DNA from: Candidatus Dadabacteria bacterium UBA2774
GTDB taxonomy: Bacteria; Desulfobacterota_D; UBA1144; Nemesobacterales; UBA2774
Length of the DNA stretch: 40,754 nt
Reading direction: 5' to 3'
Assembly: GCA_002352485.1 (NCBI GenBank)
Contig: DEIM01000225.1
Coordinates: forward strand, 12,450 to 53,203
Each line of letters starts with the position of its first letter. Within the stretch, counting starts at the first letter, position 1. The notes below the pieces were generated by a model. That model saw only the letters and a list, made by a program, of their open reading frames with translations. It was not told the DNA's origin and made no database searches. The position numbers were made by a program, and so were the translations under genes. Shown here one piece after another: positions 10,088-19,866 of the stretch.

Positions 10088-11011
10088 TCAGCCTTCGGAT
10101 GAAATTACCTTTAGAAATACTTCTTCAAGCGTATGTATGAGTGGTCTTAGCTCAAGAAGACCCCAGTTGTACTTAACAGCCATACTTGTAAGCTCCTCTC
10201 TGACGTCGCTGCCGTTTGATGGGACTATTACATACTCGCCCGGAGCGCTCATATTTACCTTTGAGATGTTTTCTATGGACTCAATTTTTTCTTTTACATC
10301 GTCACCGTTACGCCTTAGCTTTAAGTATAGGCTCTCAGAGCTCTTTAGGTTCAGAGAGAGTGACTCAAGGGATTCTTCAAGCGCAATTCTGCCCTCGTTA
10401 ATAATTATCACACGGCTGCAGATCATAGTGACCTCGGGCAGTATGTGTGTACTAAGTATAATAGTACGCTCCCCGGCCAGACTTTTGATAAGCTCACGTA
10501 TTTCGATAATCTGTACAGGGTCAAGCCCGTTAGTGGGCTCGTCGAGCACAAGTACCGAGGGGTTATTAATGAGCGCCTGCGCTATACCAACGCGCTGCTT
10601 GTAGCCCTTGGACAGATGGGCGATAATGCGCTTACTTACCGATGTGATGCCGCACTTGTCCATCACGTAGAGGATCCTGCCCTTTTTTTCCTTTGACGGT
10701 ACCATTTTAATATCGGCTACAAAATCAAGATACTCCTCGACATTCATATCGTTATAAAGTGGGGGGTTCTCGGGCAAGTACCCGATCTGTTTTTTCGCCT
10801 TAAGCGGGTGGTCGAATATATCGACATCCTCAATGCGCACAGAGCCCTTGGTAGGAGGCATATAGCCCGTGATGATACGCATGGTTGTAGTTTTCCCTGC
10901 TCCGTTGGGGCCTAGAAATCCTAGGACATCGCCCTTCTCTAGCTCAAAAGAAATGTTGTCAACGGCACGCAGGTTGCCGTAGTTTTTAGTGAGATTATGA
11001 ACGCGTATCAA
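10088..11011 (-). CDS. ABC transporter ATP-binding protein, GldA-like
   Basis: GPNGAGKTT, LSKGYKQRVG, VLDEPT, STH; TTG start. Confidence 0.93.
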   Translation of the reverse strand: MIRVHNLTKNYGNLRAVDNISFELEKGDVLGFLGPNGAGKTTTMRIITGYMPPTKGSVRIEDVDIFDHPLKAKKQIGYLPENPPLYNDMNVEEYLDFVADIKMVPSKEKKGRILYVMDKCGITSVSKRIIAHLSKGYKQRVGIAQALINNPSVLVLDEPTNGLDPVQIIEIRELIKSLAGERTIILSTHILPEVTMICSRVIIINEGRIALEESLESLSLNLKSSESLYLKLRRNGDDVKEKIESIENISKVNMSAPGEYVIVPSNGSDVREELTSMAVKYNWGLLELRPLIHTLEEVFLKVISSEG

Positions 11012-11401
11012 ATAAGTTTGTACTCCCGATGTCTATAACCAAATACCCTAAACCCACTCCGCATATATTGCTATACTGCAAATAGAATAACCGCACCTTA
11101 ATTCTATTCCAAACCGATTCTTAATGATAGTTTTAATTCTCTCAACTTTGGGTAGAATTATCGGTTAGCCGAAGAAAATTGACTAAGTGTTATAACTATG
11201 ATATTAAACTGGATGTATTATTAAATACAGGCTGCAAATTAGAGAAATACCGATACTAGGAAAACGGATATTTAATCATATTTACGAACACCAAAGCACC
11301 GAAAATACATCATATACAATACGGAACTTAGAAGGCATATTATTAAAAGCCTTAGAGCCAAGTTCTGCAGGTGATAAGACTAGCAAAGAGGGGAGTTTTT
11401 G

Positions 11402-12682
11402 ATGAGTAAAGAAGAGCTTAGTAACGACGACAAACTAGTGCTTGCGGTCAAAAAAAGATATCGCGACATGCTCGCTGAGGGTGTTGACCCTTATGAGTGG
11501 GCATATGCATGGCGCTCTGAGATAAACCGCGGTGGTTTTAGAGCAGTTGATTTCCTTATGGATGAAATAGTGGATACGGGTAAGTGCGTCGGGTGCGCAG
11601 CCTGTGTGACTATTTGCCCGACCGATGTTTTTGACTATAAAGACGAGCACCCTGTGGATACGAGAAAGGACGCATGTGTGCTGTGCGAGCTATGCGCGGA
11701 CGTTTGCCCAGTTCTCAGGCCTCTGGATAAGGACCTGCATACCCTTTTGGGCTTTAAGCAGCCAATTATAGACGAGGGGTTCGGACCTTACAACTACGCC
11801 GTAATTGCCCGTGCAAAAAATAAGGAATTTTTGGATAAGGGACAGGACGGAGGAGTAACAAGCGCACTTTTGGTGCATCTGCTTGAGCAGGGGACTATAA
11901 ACGGGGCAGTGCTCGGTGACGTGCTTCCGGAAAACCCTCAGATAGGGGTGCAGAAACTCGCTACCACTTCAGAGGAAATAGTTCAGTGCAGCGGCTCGCG
12001 CTATACATATTCCCCCAACACAGTTGCATTGACCGAGGCTATGAGGCGGGATGTACACCCTCTGGCAGTAGTTGGCGTACCGTGTCAGGTGGACGGCGTG
12101 CGACAGCAGCAATACAGCAGTATAAGACTCGAAGTGGCCAAATGGTATCAGAAGAACGTAAGCTTGGTAATTGGATTATTTTGCTCTGAGAGTTTTACTC
12201 ACGAGCACATTACATTTATAGCTAAAGAGCTTGATGTAGACCCAGAAGATATAGTAAGAGTAAACGTAAAAGGTAAGGTAATAATCGAGCTCCGTGACGG
12301 CCGGGAAATTATAATGAAGCTTAAGGACTTTCATCCCTTCGCACGGCCCGCATGCTTGTATTGTCTTGACTATTCCGCCGAGCACGCAGATATAGGTGTG
12401 GGTGGTATAGGGCTTGACGGATGGACTTTTGTAGCCGTCCGCACAGAAGCAGGGCACAAAGCGTTTCAGGCAGGCGTGGACGCAGACCTTTTTGAAATAA
12501 TGGAAGTTGACGAAGTACCGAAGGCAAAGAGCTTACTGATAAGACTCTCTGATATGAAAAGGAATAAACCCCTTCCTGCACTCATGCCTACGCTGCAGGA
12601 GAGGATTGAAATGGGCAATACAAACCCCAAAACATTTTATAAAGATTACAATCCAAGCAATGGAGGGAAAAACGGTAAATGA
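11402..12682 (+). CDS. FrhB/FdhB-family (F420 hydrogenase/dehydrogenase beta-like) flavoprotein with N-terminal 2x[4Fe-4S] ferredoxin domain
   Basis: CVGCAACVTICP and CVLCELCADVCP; FrhB motifs GQDGGVTSALL, SGSRY, VGVPCQ, IGLFC, CLYCLDYSAEHADIGVG. Confidence 0.9.
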   Translation: MSKEELSNDDKLVLAVKKRYRDMLAEGVDPYEWAYAWRSEINRGGFRAVDFLMDEIVDTGKCVGCAACVTICPTDVFDYKDEHPVDTRKDACVLCELCADVCPVLRPLDKDLHTLLGFKQPIIDEGFGPYNYAVIARAKNKEFLDKGQDGGVTSALLVHLLEQGTINGAVLGDVLPENPQIGVQKLATTSEEIVQCSGSRYTYSPNTVALTEAMRRDVHPLAVVGVPCQVDGVRQQQYSSIRLEVAKWYQKNVSLVIGLFCSESFTHEHITFIAKELDVDPEDIVRVNVKGKVIIELRDGREIIMKLKDFHPFARPACLYCLDYSAEHADIGVGGIGLDGWTFVAVRTEAGHKAFQAGVDADLFEIMEVDEVPKAKSLLIRLSDMKRNKPLPALMPTLQERIEMGNTNPKTFYKDYNPSNGGKNGK

Positions 12683-14484
12683 GCTCTAATAACGGCCAAC
12701 CCGTACTCGAAGATATAAGCGTGATCGTAGCCGGACAGGGAGGTGACGGTTCACTTACAGTTATTACGATGCTTGCAGACCTGTTCCGGAATAGCGGGCT
12801 TAACGTATACACGGAAAGAGACGTGCTCTCACGTATCCGCGGCGGACACGCAGCGGCAACAATGAGGGCGTTTACCGGTCATAGGTATTGTATCGGAAGC
12901 AAGATCACACTCCTCGTGGCGCTTGACGAAGAGGCGGTTACAAAAAATGCGCGTCACCTGGACTCTGACAGCGTAATAGTATTTGATGATTCAAGCGGTT
13001 CCCTACCCAAGGGTCTATTACCCCAAGGAGCCAAGCTCTATGCGGCCCCTTTCAACAGAATTGCTATGCGTACGATGAGACGTGAGCTATACAAAAACAG
13101 TATTGCTTTCGGAATGGTGGGGCGTCTGTTGGGGCTTGAAGACGAGCACATGCGGGAGACTTTCGTAAAACGCTTTGAAAGACGCGGGCAAGTAATTTTA
13201 GACTATAACTTAGAAGCACTCGGTCTCGGACTTCACATGGCAGACGAGCTGGGTATTAAGCAAGGAAAAGGACTTTACAAAATAGAGCGCACGGACCCTG
13301 AGGAGCACCTCCTCATTATGGGAAATGAATCCGTAGCTTTCGGATTTATGGCTGCAGGCGGGAGGTTCTTCACCGGCTATCCTATAACGCCCTCTACTGA
13401 GGTGCTTGAAACTCTGCAGAAATGGCTGCCCAAGTGCGGGGGAGTGGTAAGACAGACTGAGGACGAGCTTGCGGGTGTAAACATGGCCATAGGCGCTGCG
13501 CTCACCGGCGCAAGGACTATGACAGCCACGTCAGGACCCGGTTTTTCACTCATGCAGGAAGGAGTAGGACATGCAGGCTCTGCCGAAGTACCGCTCGTTG
13601 TAGTAGACTGCCAGCGTTCAGGGCCGAGCACCGGTATGCCTACAAGACCCGAGCAGAGCGATCTGAACCTTATGGTTTTCGGAGGTCACGGGGATTTCCC
13701 AAGATTCGTTCTTACCCCGGGACACCCGGAGGACTGCTTTTATCTCACTGTAGACGCTACAAACCTGGCCGACAAGTATCAGTTACCCGTGTTCATAGCA
13801 ATGGATCAGGCGCTTTCACAGAACATAGCAACTGTAAAACCCTTCAACCTGGACGAAGTAACCGTTACGCCCGGAAAGAGGCTCACGGCAGAAGATGTTG
13901 CAAAACTAGATACTTATAAACGCTACAGCTTTTCTGAGGATAATATCTCGGCGTTCGCGGCACCGGGCACACCGGGAGGAATGTCTCTTGTCACAGGAAA
14001 CGAGCACGATGAGTTCGGGCTCGTGTCTACCGACCCCGATAACCGTTTGCGTATGATGGAAAAACGAATGAACAAGATGGAAGACGCCAAAAAAGAGCTT
14101 CCCAAAGGAAGGCTTTTCGGGGATCAGGAATCTAAAATCGGATTTATAGGCATAGGAATGATGTACGGTGTTATTTTAGAGGCCATGGAGGAGCTCGAAC
14201 AAGAAGGTATCCACACAAAATATTTACAGCCCAGAACAATCTGGCCAATGCTGGATGAGACAATAGAGTTCATAAACAGCTGCGACCGCGTATATGTAAT
14301 CGATTTAAATGCCGGGGCTCAGCTGGCGCGTTTATTCATGCACCAGGGGGCTGAGAAGAATAAGATAATAAGCATTACCAGATATGACGGGCTGCCTTAC
14401 AGACCTGGTATACTGGTTAAACAGATACTTGAAGAAGAAGCTAAACTCTTAAACGGCCAAGGTAAGGAGGCAAAGCTGTTATGA
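12679..14484 (+). CDS. 2-oxoacid:acceptor oxidoreductase subunit alpha (KorA-type, gamma-alpha fusion)
   Basis: AGQGGDG, RIRGGH, GYPITPST, EDELA, TATSGPGFSLM, QRSGPSTGMPT, TGNEHDE. Confidence 0.95.
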   Translation: MSSNNGQPVLEDISVIVAGQGGDGSLTVITMLADLFRNSGLNVYTERDVLSRIRGGHAAATMRAFTGHRYCIGSKITLLVALDEEAVTKNARHLDSDSVIVFDDSSGSLPKGLLPQGAKLYAAPFNRIAMRTMRRELYKNSIAFGMVGRLLGLEDEHMRETFVKRFERRGQVILDYNLEALGLGLHMADELGIKQGKGLYKIERTDPEEHLLIMGNESVAFGFMAAGGRFFTGYPITPSTEVLETLQKWLPKCGGVVRQTEDELAGVNMAIGAALTGARTMTATSGPGFSLMQEGVGHAGSAEVPLVVVDCQRSGPSTGMPTRPEQSDLNLMVFGGHGDFPRFVLTPGHPEDCFYLTVDATNLADKYQLPVFIAMDQALSQNIATVKPFNLDEVTVTPGKRLTAEDVAKLDTYKRYSFSEDNISAFAAPGTPGGMSLVTGNEHDEFGLVSTDPDNRLRMMEKRMNKMEDAKKELPKGRLFGDQESKIGFIGIGMMYGVILEAMEELEQEGIHTKYLQPRTIWPMLDETIEFINSCDRVYVIDLNAGAQLARLFMHQGAEKNKIISITRYDGLPYRPGILVKQILEEEAKLLNGQGKEAKLL

Positions 14485-15359
14485 CCACAGAGCCCAAGAC
14501 AAAAACCTTTACACCCGCAAGACCCATATGGTGCGCGGGATGCGGAGACTTCGCTGTACGGGGAGTACTGGAGAAATCACTCGAGAATATGGGTATTCCA
14601 CCTCATAAATTTATGTTCCTAGCCGGTATAGGCTGCTCGGGTACAATCCAGAATAACATTAAGTGCTACGGCTATCACTCGCTCCACGGCAGGGTACTGC
14701 CCACTTCGATCGGAGCAAAGCTCGCAAACCCAGATTTAACTGTTGTTGCAGCGGGCGGCGACGGCGATGGATTTGCGATAGGCGCGGGCCACTTGGTTCA
14801 CACGTTTAAGAGTAACCCCAGCATCACGTACATAGTGATGAATAACAGCAATTACGGCCTCACAAAGGGCCAGGCTTCACCTACAAGCCCAACAGGGTAC
14901 AGAGACAACGCGGAGACGGGGATGGACTCGATACTTCTTGGCCTTAGTTTTCCTTCAACGACATTTTTAGCGCGCGGTTTCAGCGGCAACGCCGCTCAGC
15001 TGGAGAGTCTTATGATGGCGGCTCTCGAGCACACGGAGGCTGGAAGAGGATTCGCTTTTCTCGAAGTACTATCCCCATGCGTTACCTATTACGACACACA
15101 CAGGGAATGGCGCGCTAAGGTTTACAACATAAACGAGGAAGAGGGATTTGACCCCACAGACAGAGCCAATGCTTTCAAGAGGGTTCTGGAGCTAAAAGAG
15201 GAAAAACGCATCCCTATAGGGCTTATTTTCAAAGGCGAGAACACCGCACTCGAAAAGCTTATTGTTAACGAGAATGAAACCTATCCAGCTCTGCAGGAAA
15301 TCGGCCACACGGGCCATAGAGCCGAGTATGATAAGTTCATAAAGGCTTATTTAGGGTAA
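14481..15359 (+). CDS. 2-oxoacid:acceptor oxidoreductase subunit beta (TPP-binding)
   Basis: WCAGCGD, GIGCS, LHGR, GGDGD...NN, YGLTKGQASPT, SPCVTY. Confidence 0.95.
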   Translation: MTTEPKTKTFTPARPIWCAGCGDFAVRGVLEKSLENMGIPPHKFMFLAGIGCSGTIQNNIKCYGYHSLHGRVLPTSIGAKLANPDLTVVAAGGDGDGFAIGAGHLVHTFKSNPSITYIVMNNSNYGLTKGQASPTSPTGYRDNAETGMDSILLGLSFPSTTFLARGFSGNAAQLESLMMAALEHTEAGRGFAFLEVLSPCVTYYDTHREWRAKVYNINEEEGFDPTDRANAFKRVLELKEEKRIPIGLIFKGENTALEKLIVNENETYPALQEIGHTGHRAEYDKFIKAYLG

Positions 15360-15433
15360 GCGGGAATTGAGACTGAAAGTGTTTTAATTTGTGCCTCTTT
15401 CACACTTCATTACCGCCAAGTGTCACTCACTTT

Positions 15434-16645
15434 TTAAGGTCCGGTGCAAATATCTACTGAGGCACAGTCATTGCACGTGCCAATTGAGTTTGAACTACAG
15501 ACACACTGACCGTCGCACCATGTCGCTCCACTAAGATTCGCCCTAGTCAGATCCGCCCCGCTTAGATTCGCGTTAAGCAGCCTCGCGCTAGTTAGATTTG
15601 CGTCAAACAGTCTCGCACTAGTCAGGTCCGCCCTTGTTAGAATCGCTCCGGCCAAATTAGCCCTAGTCAGATCCGCCCTAGTCAGATCCGCCCCGGTCAA
15701 ATTAGCGTCAGGTAGCTCAGCGGTAGCCATATTCGCCCGAGTAAGATTTGCGAAAGTTAAATTCGCCCCGGTGAAGTTCGTATTGAGTAGACTCGCCTGA
15801 GCTAGATTTGACTCAGTCAGGTCCGCCCCACTCAGGTTTGCAAATGATACGGTAGCTCCGGCTAAATTCGATAAAGCAAGCTTAGCCCCTTGCAGATTCG
15901 CAAAAGAAAGTTTCGCCCCTTCCAGATTAGTCCCACTTAGATCCGCCCCGGCAAGATTTACCTTAACCAGCTTGCAGCCACTGCAGTTTCCTGTCTTTAA
16001 TAATGTCCCAATATCTGAACGTAATGGTAACTGTGCTCTGGCTTCCTTAACTATGCCGGAATTGCTGAGTGTCTTTGAGATTATGCCCTTTGCTGTTTTC
16101 AATATTCCTTTATCATCCCTAGTGTTTCTTGCCCCCAATCCCTCCGGGTCGTCTGTGGGTTGTATAAATATGGCTAGAGGGTCTTCGGAGCGCCCGTCAT
16201 GGTGTAAACGCATTTCATAGTCCCCTTCCTCTATTACCGCTGTCACGCAGTCCCCGTTTGCTTCCACCATCAGCACCTCTAGTCCATCGCTGTCTGCCAG
16301 GATCATAAAATGCTCAGCCCCCTGATCTTCATCTTCCCAGCAAAAGGTGTTTTCGAATGTCTGGTCGTATGTATATGGAATTACGTCTATGCCCGCTTCG
16401 TCAGTGTCTTGTTCCGGCTTCTCTGCAGCAGGAGATTCGAGAAAATCAACCACTATCCCGTCATCAGCATCTGCTAATATAGAAGAATCTTCCGAGAAAT
16501 CGTTCTCCGTTAGTGTTTGAGTGCCACCCTGATCTCCGTTGTTACTGCATCCACCGATTGCGCCTAGGGATATAAACCCCAATAGTAGCACAATCCCCAT
16601 ACACTTCATGATGAAACAATCTTGTGACTTTACTAATCTGCTCAT
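15434..16645 (-). CDS. Pentapeptide-repeat lipoprotein
   Basis: Lipobox-like LGAIGGC, acidic N-terminal domain, long A(D/N)Lxx repeat run capped by CSGC and a Cys-rich tail. Confidence 0.9.
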   Translation of the reverse strand: MSRLVKSQDCFIMKCMGIVLLLGFISLGAIGGCSNNGDQGGTQTLTENDFSEDSSILADADDGIVVDFLESPAAEKPEQDTDEAGIDVIPYTYDQTFENTFCWEDEDQGAEHFMILADSDGLEVLMVEANGDCVTAVIEEGDYEMRLHHDGRSEDPLAIFIQPTDDPEGLGARNTRDDKGILKTAKGIISKTLSNSGIVKEARAQLPLRSDIGTLLKTGNCSGCKLVKVNLAGADLSGTNLEGAKLSFANLQGAKLALSNLAGATVSFANLSGADLTESNLAQASLLNTNFTGANLTFANLTRANMATAELPDANLTGADLTRADLTRANLAGAILTRADLTSARLFDANLTSARLLNANLSGADLTRANLSGATWCDGQCVCSSNSIGTCNDCASVDICTGP

Positions 16646-17035
16646 AGTTATCCCCCTTTTTACGGATATTACAATAAATTTGGTACTAGAAAATCTTATT
16701 ATATTATAGCTCAGATTCTAAATACAAGTTGTAATCAGCGTAAAATTTTCGCGTTTATGTTTATTTTACCTATCGGAAGAAGCGCTTTTCCTAGACAAAT
16801 TCCAAGTTGAATCTATAATGTTTATTACCTCATCGAGACTGAGTATTTGTATATGAATTTCGGCATATTCAATTAGTTTTTAAGTTTGGTTAAAACAATA
16901 CGCAATATTGGGGTTTTAACAGCTGTTTAAGATTGCGGCTCATATATTCTTATGCTAAGATTATAAGCGAAAATTGATGTTAAAACATAACTCCCCTCAA
17001 AAGGCAACTCATAGTAATTCAACAGGATTAAGAAT

Positions 17036-19849
17036 ATGAATATTACCGATATGTTTCACGGACCTAATTCGGGGTATATACTCGAGCTTTACGACCGTTA
17101 TGTAGAGGACCCAAGCTCCGTTGACGCAGAGACAAGGGCGCTTTTTGACAACTGGAAGCCCGAAGCTGAAGACAGTACACATGTGGAGGCCAGTCCACAG
17201 GACATGGATAAAATAGTCGGCGCGGCTAATCTTGCACTGGCAATCCGCGCATTCGGTCATCTGGACGCTAAAATTAATCCTCTGGGGATTAATTGCTCTG
17301 GGGATCCTTCGCTTGACCCCGAAACGCATAAAATAACAGAAGAGGACCTTTTTCAGCTGCCTTCGAGCTTAATCGGAGGCCCTATAGCCGAAACTACAAC
17401 CAATGCTGCTGAGGCGATAGAAAAGCTTCGCTCAGTCTACTCGTCCTCAGTAGGATATGATTACTACCACTTACACTCTATTGAAGAAAGAAGGTGGCTA
17501 AGACATGCGGCGGAATCGGGGACCTTCAGACCTCCGAACGACCCTATTAATGAAAGAAGATTACTTGAGAGTCTTACGCAGACTGAGGTGCTGGAGAGGT
17601 TCCTGCACAGAATATTCCCCGGGAAATTCCGTTTCTCAATAGAAGGTGTGGACACTCTGATCCCTATGTTTAACGAGATAGTAGGCCTGGCCGCAGAGTC
17701 AGACATCAATCATATCCTGATCGGGATGGCGCACAGGGGACGCCTGAACGTAATGCACCACGTAATGAATAAGCCCTATAAGGGGACACTGATCAAGTTC
17801 AAGGATCCTGTGCTTCAGAGAGACTTCAGGGACTATATGGGCTGGACAGGCGACGTCAAGTACCACGAAGGAGCACGGCACGCTGTTAAAAAAGGCCGGC
17901 CGATAGACATGGTGATCACGCTTGCCCCAAACCCGAGCCACCTGGAGTCGGTAAACCCTGTTGTAGAGGGTATGACGCGCGCTGCGGGAACTAAAGCGGA
18001 TAGGCCCGGAGCTCCTGAATTTGACCGCACGGTATCGATGCCTATAATCGTTCACGGTGACGCTGCGTTCCCAGGACAGGGAATAGTGTCTGAGACACTC
18101 AATTTGTCCCGTCTACCTGGATACAGTACAGGCGGCACAATACACATAATCACAAATAATCAGCTTGGTTATACAACTTTGCCAAGAGACAGCAGAAGCA
18201 CTCTGTATGCGAGCGACTTGGCCAAGGGGTTTGAAATACCGATAATGCATGTAAACGCAGACGATCCCGAGGCGTGTATTGAATCATCAAGGCTCGCCTT
18301 CGCTTATGTAGATACTTATCATAAAGATTTTCTGATCGATCTGGTCGGCTACAGACGGCACGGTCATAACGAGGCCGATGAGCCCGCTTTCACACAGCCC
18401 AAGCTATATGAAATTGTAGATAAGCATCCTACGGTTAGAGAAATCTGGTCAAACACCCTTATAGAAAGGGGAATTATAGATAGTGAGGAATCAGAGGAAA
18501 TATTAAATAAGTACAACGAGCAGATGCATAGTGACTTTGAATCGCTCGCCCCCGAAGACATGCCCGAGGAATCTCAGCCTGAGAGGCCCCCTGCGGGTGC
18601 GGCCCAAAAGGTGAAGTCATCGGTATCGGCAGGGGCACTCAGGGAACTGAACCAATCGCTGCTCAAGGTACCGCAGGATTTTAAAATAAATCCCAAATTA
18701 AAGCGCGCAAGAGAACGCTGGGCGAATGCGCTCGAGGGTACGGATAGCAAGACCATAGACTGGGCGATGGCAGAGCAGCTTGCTTTTGCATCGATACTGG
18801 CTGACGGCACGCCGATACGCCTTACGGGGCAGGATTGCGAGCGCGGCACATTCAGTCACCGACATGCTGTGCTGCACGACTTTATTAGCGGGGAATCTTA
18901 TAATTCGCTCCAAAATATCCCTCAGGCAAAAGCTGCTTTTGAAATCTACAACAGCCCGCTCACTGAAAATGCGTGCATCGGCTTTGAATACGGCTATAAC
19001 ATACATAAACCAGAATCACTTGTAATCTGGGAAGCTCAGTACGGCGATTTTATAAACGGCGCACAGACTATCCTTGATGAATACCTGGTATCCGCAAGAG
19101 CCAAGTGGGGCCAAACGCCTTCGCTTGTATTGCTGCTGCCGCACGCTTACGAGGGGCAGGGACCGGATCATTCATCCGGGCGGATGGGTAGGTTCTTAGA
19201 TTCGGCGGCTGAAATAAATATGCGCGTTGCCAACTGCACGACTTCTGCTCAATACTTTCATTTACTACGGCGTCAGGCCGGAGTGCTCGATATAGACCCG
19301 CTCCCGCTGATAATCCTCACGCCTAAGAGTCTGCTAAGAAATTCGCTCGTTTTCTCATCACTAAAAGAGCTTACACAAGGCACTTGGCAGCCGGTTATAG
19401 ATGATGAGATGGACGATAAACAGGCTAAAAAAGCCAAGCGTTTGATACTGTGCAGCGGTAAGGTTTACTGGGATCTTGTATCGAGCGAATATTACGAAAA
19501 AAGTGCTGGGGATATTGCGATTGCCAGAGTTGAGCAGCTCTACCCCATACCGACAGTGATGATCAGCAAGGTGCTTAGCAGATACCCAAAACTTAAGGAA
19601 GTCGTATGGATTCAGGAGGAGCCCGAAACAATGGGAGCCTGGATGTTTATGTTCCCGTTCTTCAGAAAGCTGATCGACGGTAGATTTCTACTGCATTATA
19701 TGGGCAGAAAACGTAACTCGAGCCCAGCTGAAGGCTCGCTGTCGATGCACAGGGTAAATCAGCAGGCTCTGGTACAACAAGCGTTTACGCTGGATAAAGA
19801 ACTGCCTAATCTGGATGAGCTTGGTATTACCTGGGTAAAAAATGTATAA
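17036..19849 (+). CDS. sucA: 2-oxoglutarate dehydrogenase E1
   Basis: RFSIEG, GMAHRGRLNV, GDVKYH, NPSHLE, HGDAAF, GHNEADEP, WEAQYGDF, EGQGPDHSS. Confidence 0.97.
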   Translation: MNITDMFHGPNSGYILELYDRYVEDPSSVDAETRALFDNWKPEAEDSTHVEASPQDMDKIVGAANLALAIRAFGHLDAKINPLGINCSGDPSLDPETHKITEEDLFQLPSSLIGGPIAETTTNAAEAIEKLRSVYSSSVGYDYYHLHSIEERRWLRHAAESGTFRPPNDPINERRLLESLTQTEVLERFLHRIFPGKFRFSIEGVDTLIPMFNEIVGLAAESDINHILIGMAHRGRLNVMHHVMNKPYKGTLIKFKDPVLQRDFRDYMGWTGDVKYHEGARHAVKKGRPIDMVITLAPNPSHLESVNPVVEGMTRAAGTKADRPGAPEFDRTVSMPIIVHGDAAFPGQGIVSETLNLSRLPGYSTGGTIHIITNNQLGYTTLPRDSRSTLYASDLAKGFEIPIMHVNADDPEACIESSRLAFAYVDTYHKDFLIDLVGYRRHGHNEADEPAFTQPKLYEIVDKHPTVREIWSNTLIERGIIDSEESEEILNKYNEQMHSDFESLAPEDMPEESQPERPPAGAAQKVKSSVSAGALRELNQSLLKVPQDFKINPKLKRARERWANALEGTDSKTIDWAMAEQLAFASILADGTPIRLTGQDCERGTFSHRHAVLHDFISGESYNSLQNIPQAKAAFEIYNSPLTENACIGFEYGYNIHKPESLVIWEAQYGDFINGAQTILDEYLVSARAKWGQTPSLVLLLPHAYEGQGPDHSSGRMGRFLDSAAEINMRVANCTTSAQYFHLLRRQAGVLDIDPLPLIILTPKSLLRNSLVFSSLKELTQGTWQPVIDDEMDDKQAKKAKRLILCSGKVYWDLVSSEYYEKSAGDIAIARVEQLYPIPTVMISKVLSRYPKLKEVVWIQEEPETMGAWMFMFPFFRKLIDGRFLLHYMGRKRNSSPAEGSLSMHRVNQQALVQQAFTLDKELPNLDELGITWVKNV

Positions 19850-19866
19850 ATTATCGGAGAGAAAAC

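Noticed and set aside
6952..11011. Gliding motility system from GldA/F/G-like genes
   Set aside because: This ABC + DUF4340 operon is widespread in non-gliding bacteria; no T9SS or motor genes are present
11402..12682. F420-reducing hydrogenase or methanogenesis
   Set aside because: No NiFe large/small subunit or maturation genes; an FrhB domain alone does not indicate a hydrogenase
15535..15960. 15-bp-periodic DNA repeats (e.g. gccctagtcagatcc) as a CRISPR or tandem array
   Set aside because: Fully explained by pentapeptide-repeat coding; no spacers
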